From NCBI GenBank assembly GCA_043821485.1, contig JBDRCU010000037.1:28746-92745 (forward strand): 64,000 nucleotides of DNA, written 5' to 3'. The notes under the pieces are model-generated. The model ran no database searches. It was not told the origin of the DNA and saw only the letters and a program-made list of their open reading frames with translations. The position numbers were made by a program, and so were the translations under genes. The stretch is from Parcubacteria group bacterium (GTDB taxonomy: Bacteria; Patescibacteriota; Minisyncoccia; 2-02-FULL-40-12; IGHO2-01-FULL-4-A). Within the stretch, counting starts at the first letter, position 1; each line of letters begins with the position of its first letter. Of the stretch, positions 46,463 to 55,659 are shown in pieces.

Positions 46463-46694
46463 ATAAAACCCTTGACTTACCTAGGTCATTCTAATACACT
46501 GTATGGGTACTATGAATTAACACAAAACATACATCTTCATAGCATTTATGAAGGCTCGGGATTGTCCCTCAATGGGATGGTCCCGAGTCTTTAATGACAG
46601 AACATTAACAACTTTACAGCCAACGATACGTATATTCGTATCGTTAACTAGATCAATGAAAGATAGTTTGAGTAAATCTCAACTATTCTTATAA

Positions 46695-46734
<40 letters not shown>

Positions 46735-48113
46735 GATAAGGCATGCAAGTCGAACGGGCAATCTTCGGATTGTCAGTGGCGAACGAGTTAGTAACGCCTT
46801 GGTACCTACCCTATACTCAAGAATAACTCCGAGAAATCGGAGCTAATACTTGATAGTCTCGAAAGAGTAAAGATTTATCGGTATAGGAGGGGCCTAGGTC
46901 CTATCAGCTTGTTGGTGAGGTAACGGCTCACCAAGGCTATGACGGGTAGGGGATGTGAGAGCATGATCCCCAACGAGGGAACTGAGAACGGTCCTTACAC
47001 CTACGGGTGGCCGCAGTCGAGAATATTGGACAATGCGCGAAAGCGTGATCCAGCGACGCCGCGTGCAGGAAGAAGGCCTTCGGGTTGTAAACTGCTTTTA
47101 TGTGGGAAGAATTTTGACGGTACCACAAGAATAAGGGGCTGCTAACTTCGTGCCAGCAGCAGCGGTAATACGAAGGCCCCAAGCGTTATCCGGAATTATT
47201 GGGCGTAAAGGGCAGGTAGCCGGTTGGTATAGTCTGATGTTAAATCTCATGGCTCAACTATGAGACCGCATCAGAAACGTATCAGCTAGAGCAAGTCAGA
47301 GGCATACGGAACGTGCGGTGTAGGGGTGAAATCCGTTGATATCGCACGGAACACCAAAAGCGAAGGCAGTATGCTGGGGCTTTGCTGACGGTCAACTGCG
47401 AAAGCGTGGGGATAGAAAAGGATTAGATACCCTTGTATTCCACGCCCTAAACGATCCAGACTAGCTATCGGGAGCATCGACCCTCCCGGTGGCGAAGCTA
47501 ACGCGTTAAGTCTGGCGCCTGGGAAGTACGATCGCAAGATTAAAACTCAAAGGAATAGGCGGGGATTCGCACAAGCGGTGGATCGCGTGGTTTAATTCGA
47601 TACAAAGCGAAGAACCTCACCAAGGTTAGACATCATAGTGAAAGCCTTCTGAAAAGTTGGCCCCTTTTATAGCACTATGACAGGTGGTGCACGGCTGTCG
47701 TCAGCTCGTCGAGTGATCGGTTCTCTTAAGTGAGGAAACGAGCGCAACCCCTGTCGTCTGTTACAAGTGTCAGACGATACTGCCTGGGATAACCAGGAGG
47801 AAGGAGGGGATGACGTCAAGTCAGCGTGTCCTTTGATACCTTGGGCTACACACGCGATACAATGGGTGTTAACAATGGGTTGCCAAACCGCGAGGTGGAG
47901 CTAATCCCATCAAATGCGCCCTCAGTTCGGATAGGAGGCTGAAACTTGCCTCCTTGAAGTTGGAATCGCTAGTAATCGCAGATCAGAATGCTGCGGTGAA
48001 TACGTTCTCGAATCTTGCACTCACTGCCCGTCACATCAGGGAAGCCGGAAATACCCAAAGCACCATAAATTCTAATGGTACTACGGTAGGTTCGGTAACA
48101 AGGATGAAGTCGT

Positions 48114-49017
48114 AGAGATTAAGAAATAAAATTTGCGACCTGTCAAGAGTAATCTGGCAGAAAAACCCGACTAATATCGGTGAAACCTAAATCTTAAAAT
48201 GTTATAATTAAGATATGGTAATACCGAGGAAAGCTAGGAGAATCACATATTCAACTGAAATAAGAGAGCTAAAAAAGAGACTAAAACTAGATGAGTCACA
48301 AAAGGCTATAGTGATAGGCAGTATATTGGGCGATGCAACATTAGAGCTCAATTGGTCAAAAACCAACTGCCGAATGAGAATTGATCATTCTATAAAACAA
48401 GAGGATTACGTACGACTAAAGTATACAATCCTCAAGGACTGGGTACTTACTGAACCTAAATACTACAAGCCTCATAGGTCCATATGGTTCCGAACAATAA
48501 GTCATCCCAACCTTACTGAACTATGGAAAATATTCTACAAGAACAAGAAAAAAATTATACCAGAAAATATAGCTGAACTAATCCAAAACCCCCTTACTGT
48601 TGCAACATGGTTTATGGATGATGGTAATGTACGAAGACGAAATTCACGTATAATTTCCTACGACCTCAATACTCAATCGTTCACATACGCAGAAAATGAA
48701 AAACTTCTGAACGCCTTGAAAACGGTCTATGGAATATCTTGCAGTCTACATAAAAATCATAACAGACATAGAATATATATCGGTACCAATGAAAAAAATA
48801 AATTCCAAAAGATAATACGTAAATTATCAACACCATCTCTTAAATACAAACTTCAGTGAATATGTGATTCTCTTGGCCCCGTAGAGACTTCTCGTACTCT
48901 GGCCCCATAGCAGAACGAGGGATAGCTGTACGTAGACAGCTATAATACGTCGGCCCCAGTTATTAAAAACTGGGTGAAGATATAGTCCATGCTCGTGGAA
49001 ACACGGGAATAAACATG
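48114..49017 (+). other. Intervening sequence (probable group I intron) in the 16S rRNA at an E. coli ~1506-equivalent site
   Basis: Exon 1 ends ...GAAGTCGT and exon 2 starts AACAAGGCACGG, which restores the universal GAAGTCGTAACAAGG. A U precedes the 5' splice site and the intron ends in G. The boundaries are approximate, within a few nt. Confidence 0.6.
48215..48859 (+). CDS. Intron-encoded double-motif LAGLIDADG homing endonuclease
   Basis: Motif 1 is IVIGSILGDATLE. Motif 2 is TVATWFMDDGNV. The ORF lies wholly inside the 16S insertion. Confidence 0.85.
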   Translation: MVIPRKARRITYSTEIRELKKRLKLDESQKAIVIGSILGDATLELNWSKTNCRMRIDHSIKQEDYVRLKYTILKDWVLTEPKYYKPHRSIWFRTISHPNLTELWKIFYKNKKKIIPENIAELIQNPLTVATWFMDDGNVRRRNSRIISYDLNTQSFTYAENEKLLNALKTVYGISCSLHKNHNRHRIYIGTNEKNKFQKIIRKLSTPSLKYKLQ

Positions 49018-49261
49018 AACAAGGCACGGCTAGGAGAACCTGGTCGTGGATCACCTCCTTTCTATACAAAAACTCCTGCTTTATGCAGGTGCTGTATAGA
49101 AACATTAGGTGTCGATATAGGTTGTGCGAGGTTTGTTCGTCGATAGACAAGCACCTCGTACAAACTAAGGCTGGCTGATACAGCCCAATCTATCAGCGTT
49201 TGATGCTACCGAAAAGCACACTATCTAGTTAATGATACAAATAGACGTATAAACTCTAAAC

Positions 49262-49290
49262 AAAATAGCCTTAAGGGGCTATTTTGTTTG
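49262..49290 (+). terminator. Rho-independent terminator downstream of the 16S rRNA (AAATAGCC-TTAAGG-GGCTATTT then TGTTTG)
   Basis: Read directly. No 23S or tRNA follows. Confidence 0.6.
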
Positions 49291-49377
49291 ACTTATCTTT
49301 ACTTTGATATTAGACTGACCTTGTACGATAACAAATTTAATATAAATATCATGGGATTTGCAAAAGGAGAACCCTCT

Positions 49378-49650
49378 ATGGAAAAATCTATAGCCAAAGA
49401 AATGATAGAACAGATCGAAGATACATGGGCAGATGCAAAGCGTGGGATTGAAATTCTTGAAGCCAGAGGACACAGTCAGACAAAAGAACTGAAAAAAGAA
49501 TTAAGTAAATTGATGGTAGAAGATTTAGACGAGGCAGAAGATGCTAGAGACAAAGAAGTAAACGAAGATAGTCCACAAAGAGAAGGATATCAAGGCTTCA
49601 ACAAGCGCAATGCATTTGTTACAAAACTAAATAAACTTCTTAAAGAATAA
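49378..49650 (+). CDS. Hypothetical acidic protein (90 aa)
   Basis: An AAAGGAG Shine-Dalgarno site lies 9 nt upstream of the ATG. A hairpin terminator follows at about 49,664-49,692. Confidence 0.45.
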   Translation: MEKSIAKEMIEQIEDTWADAKRGIEILEARGHSQTKELKKELSKLMVEDLDEAEDARDKEVNEDSPQREGYQGFNKRNAFVTKLNKLLKE

Positions 49651-49709
49651 TTCTACCCATAATAAAACAGCGCAATATGGCGCTGTTTTATTATTACTAT
49701 TTTATCCAA

Positions 49710-50528
49710 CTACTTAATCTGATAAGTTAGAGTAACATTCACAGTTACTTCATTTTCTCCGGGTTCAATTGAAGGCATAGATCCTCCTCCGCCTCGTCCT
49801 GCTTCCATGTACACAGCAGAATCATACATAGGATAACCCATATATCCTTCATTGAAATTAACTATCTTGCCTAGATCAAGACCAACCTGATCTTCGAGTT
49901 CCCTAGCCTTCTTCTTGGCGTCCTCAATGGCAAGCTCTCTGGCTTCCGCTTGCAATTCGTCTGGGTCGTCAATATCGAATCTGAATGAATCCACTCGATT
50001 AGCTCCTTCGTCTACAACACCATCAAGAATTTCACTAACTATATCTAAATCACGAATCTTTACTTCAATGCTTTCAGTGACAGTATACCCAACAATACTT
50101 TGTGATACTGGCTGGGGTAGATAAGGATATATTTCTGCTGAGCCTCCTCCGCCCCGTCCAACTGCTTCATCGCTTCCATATTTAGGATAAATATTATAAC
50201 CTGTTGTTTTAATATCTTCCTTGTCTATATCTTTACTCTTTAAATAGTCAATAACATCTTGAGACTTCTCTGAATTCTCTTCTTGCGCATCTTCAGATGT
50301 ATCAGCTTCAGTTACAATACTTAAACGAACAATTGCAACATCAGGAACTGCATACACAGTACCTTGACCGCTGAAAGATACTACATTCTGCGTAGTGCCT
50401 GCGTCAGACAAATATCCTACTAGACTAAAGCCTAATATTATCAAAACCACAACAAATATAGCCGAAGCCCAAAGAAGAAATCCTTTTGCATTTTCAATTT
50501 TTGTATCCATATTTCTAAAAACAGTCAA
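49710..50528 (-). CDS. SIMPL-domain (DUF541) protein, membrane anchored
   Basis: An N-terminal TM is present. A duplicated ...GQGTVYAVPDVAIVRLSI... / ...YTVTESIEVKIRDLD... SIMPL-like pattern is present. Confidence 0.75.
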   Translation of the reverse strand: MTVFRNMDTKIENAKGFLLWASAIFVVVLIILGFSLVGYLSDAGTTQNVVSFSGQGTVYAVPDVAIVRLSIVTEADTSEDAQEENSEKSQDVIDYLKSKDIDKEDIKTTGYNIYPKYGSDEAVGRGGGGSAEIYPYLPQPVSQSIVGYTVTESIEVKIRDLDIVSEILDGVVDEGANRVDSFRFDIDDPDELQAEARELAIEDAKKKARELEDQVGLDLGKIVNFNEGYMGYPMYDSAVYMEAGRGGGGSMPSIEPGENEVTVNVTLTYQIK

Positions 50529-50607
50529 AGCTGTTTAATTAATAGTATTTATGATATATCTAACGCTACAGAAATGATTCTGTGACAGTGGTATAATAGC
50601 ATTTTGT

Positions 50608-51084
50608 ATGCCTAAAAAACAGACACTCAAAAAACAAATTTATTTAATACTTCACGACATACGCAGTGCCTGGAATGTAGGGTCTATGTTTCGTACTGCC
50701 GATGGCGCAGGAATAGATAAAATATATTTAACCGGCTACACAGCCACCCCTGAACATCCCAAAGTTCTCAAGACTTCTCTTGGCGCAGAAGGTTTTGTCC
50801 TATGGGAGCGATACAAACCCCTTGGAAAATTAATTAAGAAATTGCAAAAAGACGGCATACAAGTGCTTGCTCTTGAACAACATCCAAAAAGCAAAAACAT
50901 ATTCAAATACAAACCCAAATATCCCATTGCACTCGTAGTAGGAAATGAAATACGCGGAGTCGTCAAAACAACTCTTGCAAAAGTAGATGATATACTAGAA
51001 ATACCAATGCATGGCCAAAAAGAAAACCTAAACGTAGCAGTTGCTGCTGGTATAGCGCTGTACGCTATAAGGAAGAAAAAATGA
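50608..51084 (+). CDS. SpoU-family (SPOUT) tRNA/rRNA 2'-O-methyltransferase
   Basis: The SpoU motifs LILHDIRSAWNVGSMFRTADGAG and VVGNEIRGV are present. The product is 158 aa. Confidence 0.8.
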   Translation: MPKKQTLKKQIYLILHDIRSAWNVGSMFRTADGAGIDKIYLTGYTATPEHPKVLKTSLGAEGFVLWERYKPLGKLIKKLQKDGIQVLALEQHPKSKNIFKYKPKYPIALVVGNEIRGVVKTTLAKVDDILEIPMHGQKENLNVAVAAGIALYAIRKKK

Positions 51085-52835
51085 TCAAACTCTCAAAATT
51101 AAAACACTGGACACTGACCCTAATACCTTTATTGATACTGGGGATATTAATGTATCTCCACGTAGATCTACTTCTCAAAACATTTGTAATAGACGGGACG
51201 GGCCATATCCGTACTGCAATATCCGGATATGGTGATATCCCTCTGCACCTAACACAGGTGAGTAAATTTGCCTTCGGTGATTTTAATCTTAGTGAACCAA
51301 TTTTCTATGGCAATAACCTACAATATCCATTTATCATAAACCTCATTAGCGGACTATTGCTCAAACTTACATCATTATGGAGATTATCATTTCTATTGCC
51401 TGTAATAGTGCTCGCCGTATTAAATATATTTCTTGCATATTCCATATATCGCAAACTTATCTCAAACAAGATTTTAGCAACCCTGGCTGTTGTCGTGTTT
51501 TTGGTAGGTTCTGGATTTGGGGGATGGAGTATTATCCAAGACGCAATAGGCGAGGGCCATACATTGAACTCATTTATAGGAATGCTAAGTGAAGAGAATA
51601 TATCTACAGCTACTAGATGGGACGCGCAATATCCTGAACAAAATATTGGCTATGGAGCACCCATGAGCCTTTTTTTCTTACATCAACGTCCTTTCATCAT
51701 GGGGCTAACCTGTTTTCTAACTTTAATAACACTTCTTCTTGCCCTAAAGGACAAACCCAGTACTAAATATGCAATCCTTGCGGGAATCATCTATGGCATC
51801 TTGCCACTCGTTCACGCTCATACATTCATGATATTCACAGTAGCAATGCTAGTAGTTTTAATTCTCTCTCTGTATAGATCTGATAAACTCTATCTTAAAA
51901 AATTACTAATCATTTTGGGTATAGCAATCTTAATTGCAACACCACAGGTACTTTATCTAATGGGGGACAAAGCAGGTGTCTCCACGGAATCTGAATTCTT
52001 AAATTTCCGTATTGGCTGGATGGTAGAACCAACCATTGGATCAGCACAATTCCCTGATGAGAATCGTACCGTCTTTAGTCTAAGTTACCTCAAGTTTATT
52101 ATGATAAATTTGGGAATACTCTTCCCTGCATTTATTCTCGCTCTAATACTGATCCTCCTTCCCAAAAAACTAAACAAAAAAATATTTAATAAAACATCTC
52201 GCACACTATTGCTGGCAGCGGCATTGTCAGCTATTTTCATTTTTCTTGCAGCCCAGCTAATCCGCTTCCAACCATGGGACTATGATAATAATAAGATTTT
52301 TGTATATTGGCAGTTTTTTGCAGTGCCTTTGGTCTTCCTATTGCTCTACCAGCTGTACAAACATACAAAATTAATCGGAGGAACTATCATTGCAGTCTTT
52401 CTCGTATTCTCCCTTTTCTCAGGAATTATTGATCTGACTCCAAGATATACATCCAAGACAGAGAACCTACCGGTAATCTATGACATCCATGCACAAAACC
52501 TTGCCCAATATGTACGCACTAATACCTCAAAACACGACTTAGTGTTAACAGGCGCCTCTCACCTCAACCCAGTGATAGCCCTTGCTGGCAAAGAAACACT
52601 TGTTGGATTTCCTGGCTGGCTATGGACGCGTGGGATTGACTATGGAGATCGCTTGCAAAAAATAGAAGACTTCTACAAAAACCCCTCGCAAGACCAGATA
52701 CTTAAAGAGTTTCCCATTTCATACATACTACTCGATTTACAGACAAATACTGACTACAAAGCAGACTTAAATACTTTTGATAATCTCTACACAAAAGTCT
52801 TTGAATCGGGACAATACACCTTATACAAAATCTAA
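51081..52835 (+). CDS. Large polytopic membrane protein (GT-C-like glycosyltransferase candidate)
   Basis: The 584-aa product has more than 12 predicted TM helices. No catalytic motif was recognised. Confidence 0.5.
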   Translation: MIKLSKLKHWTLTLIPLLILGILMYLHVDLLLKTFVIDGTGHIRTAISGYGDIPLHLTQVSKFAFGDFNLSEPIFYGNNLQYPFIINLISGLLLKLTSLWRLSFLLPVIVLAVLNIFLAYSIYRKLISNKILATLAVVVFLVGSGFGGWSIIQDAIGEGHTLNSFIGMLSEENISTATRWDAQYPEQNIGYGAPMSLFFLHQRPFIMGLTCFLTLITLLLALKDKPSTKYAILAGIIYGILPLVHAHTFMIFTVAMLVVLILSLYRSDKLYLKKLLIILGIAILIATPQVLYLMGDKAGVSTESEFLNFRIGWMVEPTIGSAQFPDENRTVFSLSYLKFIMINLGILFPAFILALILILLPKKLNKKIFNKTSRTLLLAAALSAIFIFLAAQLIRFQPWDYDNNKIFVYWQFFAVPLVFLLLYQLYKHTKLIGGTIIAVFLVFSLFSGIIDLTPRYTSKTENLPVIYDIHAQNLAQYVRTNTSKHDLVLTGASHLNPVIALAGKETLVGFPGWLWTRGIDYGDRLQKIEDFYKNPSQDQILKEFPISYILLDLQTNTDYKADLNTFDNLYTKVFESGQYTLYKI

Positions 52836-53465
52836 ATGACCCTACCGTCTCACAAGTTAGAACAACGACTTTTTAGAAATGGTTACAAATCTATCTGCGC
52901 AGTAGATGAAGTTGGAGTTGGATGTCTTGCGGGTCCAGTGGTAGCATGCACAGTCCGCATTAAAAAACCCTTTCTAAAACAGAAAAATATCCTTAAAAAT
53001 GTCCGCGATTCAAAACTTTTAACACCTCGGCAAAGAGAAAAACTCTACGCCCAACTTATTAATAATAGATATATAACACACTCAATTTCTTATTCGCTTC
53101 CCCGAACAATAGATAAATACAATATCTATAATGCCTCGCGAAATACAATGAAACGATCTGCGCAAAACATTATTTCGCTTAATAGCGTCTTACTTGTGGA
53201 TGGCCCCAGAGAATTAAAGAATATGCATCTTCCACAGCAAGCCATAATAAAAGGAGATAGAAAGGTTATTGTAATTGCATGCGCATCAGTAATTGCGAAG
53301 GTTCATCGCGACAGAATGATGAAACGATATGCCAAGCGCTATCCCGGATACGGACTTGAACAGCACAAAGGATATGGAACTAAATATCATATTGCGCAAC
53401 TCGCATCTCTTGGTCCATCCAAAATACATCGCAAATCATTTGCTCCTGTGGCAAGACTCTTGTAA
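52836..53465 (+). CDS. rnhB: Ribonuclease HII
   Basis: The N-terminal catalytic motif CAVDEVGVGCLAGPVVA is present. The product is 209 aa. Confidence 0.9.
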   Translation: MTLPSHKLEQRLFRNGYKSICAVDEVGVGCLAGPVVACTVRIKKPFLKQKNILKNVRDSKLLTPRQREKLYAQLINNRYITHSISYSLPRTIDKYNIYNASRNTMKRSAQNIISLNSVLLVDGPRELKNMHLPQQAIIKGDRKVIVIACASVIAKVHRDRMMKRYAKRYPGYGLEQHKGYGTKYHIAQLASLGPSKIHRKSFAPVARLL

Positions 53466-53474
53466 AATTAAGGT

Positions 53475-54485
53475 ATGGCACAACCTAAAATAGCTATTAA
53501 CGGTTTCGGACGAATCGGTCGTATGTTTTTTCGACATGCCTGGGACAATCCTGATTTAGATATTGTTGCGATAAATGATCTAGGCGATCTTGATAATCTT
53601 GCATATCTTTTGAAATATGATTCAGTTTACAAAACGTTTGAAAAAGAAATTAAAACAAAAAATGGCAATCTCATCGTTGACGGACAGGAAATAGAAGTTC
53701 TTCAGGAAAGAGAACCTTCTAAGCTTCCTTGGTCCGAACTTGGCGTTGATATTGTTGTTGAAGCAACTGGTGCATTTACAACATTGGAGAAAGCAAAAGC
53801 TCATCTACATGCAGGGGCTAAGCGTGTAGTAATAACTGCTCCAGCGAAGGACGATATAACTCCAACTGCAACGCCCAATGTAGGAGAGGATCGTTTATCA
53901 GATGAGAATGTAACATCCAATGCATCTTGCACTACAAATGCAGTAGCACCAATTATGGCCATAATGTCTAATAATCCTGGTGTTAAGAAAGCTCTCCTTA
54001 ATACAATACATGGCTATACAGCAACACAGGGACTTATTGATGGACCTTCAAAGAAAGATTTTCGACGAGGTCGCGCAGCAGCTCAAAACATCATACCTTC
54101 AAGCACTGGAGCAGCAATAGCCACTACCAAAGCACTACCTAACTTAAAGGGCAAATTTGACGGCATTGCAATGAGAGTACCCGTAATAACAGGTTCGATT
54201 ATAGACGTAACTTTTATAGCAGAGAAATCAGTTTCAGTCGAAGATATTAATAATATATTCCGTGAAAAAGCAAAATCTGATGAATGGAAAGGAATCCTTG
54301 CGGTCACAGAAGAACCTATTGTCTCTTCTGATATTATCGGCAATAGCCATGGATCAATTATAGACTTATCTATGACCCGAGTTGTTGATGGAGACTTAGT
54401 CAAAGTCTGTGCTTGGTATGACAATGAATGGGGATATGCTTCAATGCTTGTTAAACATGTCAAAACAGTAGCTAAAATGCTTTAA
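53475..54485 (+). CDS. gap: Glyceraldehyde-3-phosphate dehydrogenase
   Basis: The N-terminus is KIAINGFGRIGR. The active site SNASCTTNA is present. Confidence 0.93.
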   Translation: MAQPKIAINGFGRIGRMFFRHAWDNPDLDIVAINDLGDLDNLAYLLKYDSVYKTFEKEIKTKNGNLIVDGQEIEVLQEREPSKLPWSELGVDIVVEATGAFTTLEKAKAHLHAGAKRVVITAPAKDDITPTATPNVGEDRLSDENVTSNASCTTNAVAPIMAIMSNNPGVKKALLNTIHGYTATQGLIDGPSKKDFRRGRAAAQNIIPSSTGAAIATTKALPNLKGKFDGIAMRVPVITGSIIDVTFIAEKSVSVEDINNIFREKAKSDEWKGILAVTEEPIVSSDIIGNSHGSIIDLSMTRVVDGDLVKVCAWYDNEWGYASMLVKHVKTVAKML

Positions 54486-54497
54486 TTTTTAAACGAC

Positions 54498-55385
54498 ATG
54501 CCTCACGTACATGATGAAAAAATTAAAGAGCTAGAAATTATGGCGAATAAAATTCGTCAGTCTATTATTGAGATGCTGACTACTGCAGGAAGCGGTCATA
54601 CAGCTGGCCCGCTTGGCATGGCTGATGTTTTCACAGCCTTGTATTTCCATACACTGAATCATGATCCAAAGAATCCCGAATGGGAAAACAGGGATAGACT
54701 TCTTCTGTCTGCCGGCCATATCGTACCAGTTCAATATTCAGCAATGGCGCATGCTGGATATTTTCCGATGAGAGAGCTCAATACTCTGCGCAAGCTTGGC
54801 TCGCGTCTTCAAGGCCATCCGGAACGCTTAAGGCTTCCTGGGATCGAAACAACTCCGGGTCCACTGGGAGAAGGCTTATCTCAGGCATGCGGAATGGCTT
54901 ACGGAGCAAGAATGGATAAAAAATGGTTTAGAATTTATTGCATAATGTCAGACGGGGAACAACAAGAAGGCAATACGTGGGAAGCAATCATGTTTGCAGG
55001 CAAAAATCGTTTATCCAATATCACTGCAATAATGGATCGTAACAATATACAAATAGACGGAATAGTTGAAGACATCATGCCTCTTGAACCGCTTCGCGAA
55101 AGATATGAATCATTCGGATGGCATGTACTCGAAATTAACGGACATGATTTTGAAGATATCATAAGTGCTTGTGAACAAGCTCATGCAATAACGACTAAAC
55201 CTGTTCTTATCATTGCCCATACAATTCCTGGCAAAGGCATTCCTGAAATTGAATTTGATTATCGCTGGCATGGAGTACCTCCGGGCAAAGGGCCTGGGGA
55301 TAAAGTTCCTCAAGATGAGCAAAAGAAGCATTTCTTGCATGATTTAAGGACTTTAAAAGGAAAAATAGAAAGCGAGCATCAATAA
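54498..55385 (+). CDS. Transketolase, N-terminal (TPP-binding) subunit of a split transketolase
   Basis: The motifs GHTAGPLGMADV and DGEQQEGNTWEA are present. The product is 295 aa. Confidence 0.88.
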   Translation: MPHVHDEKIKELEIMANKIRQSIIEMLTTAGSGHTAGPLGMADVFTALYFHTLNHDPKNPEWENRDRLLLSAGHIVPVQYSAMAHAGYFPMRELNTLRKLGSRLQGHPERLRLPGIETTPGPLGEGLSQACGMAYGARMDKKWFRIYCIMSDGEQQEGNTWEAIMFAGKNRLSNITAIMDRNNIQIDGIVEDIMPLEPLRERYESFGWHVLEINGHDFEDIISACEQAHAITTKPVLIIAHTIPGKGIPEIEFDYRWHGVPPGKGPGDKVPQDEQKKHFLHDLRTLKGKIESEHQ

Positions 55386-55430
55386 AAATGGATTTTGTGA
55401 TAAAATATAGATTAGAAGGGAGGTGACGTT

Positions 55431-55634
55431 ATGAAAGAAAGCGGAAATTTATCAAAACTATTATGGGGTCTTATGTGGATTGCTGCAATCCTGTTTTGGA
55501 TATCAGTAGTATTCCTAGACAACAGCATATTCGGCATAAGCAGTGAACACCTATGGAAAGAAATAGTCGTATTTGGAATATTACTATTTGCAGTATGTTG
55601 TTCGCGTTGCCGAGGAGGTTCGTGCGAAAAATAG
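55431..55634 (+). CDS. Small membrane protein (67 aa) between the transketolase halves
   Basis: An AGGGAGGTGA Shine-Dalgarno site is present. Two TM helices are predicted. A C-terminal CCSRCRGGSCEK motif is present. Confidence 0.4.
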   Translation: MKESGNLSKLLWGLMWIAAILFWISVVFLDNSIFGISSEHLWKEIVVFGILLFAVCCSRCRGGSCEK

Positions 55635-55659
55635 TAAAAGGTCTGCACACTAAACTATT

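Noticed and set aside
46937-47537. ORFs on both strands inside 46937-47537.
   Set aside because: The region is inside the 16S rRNA gene.
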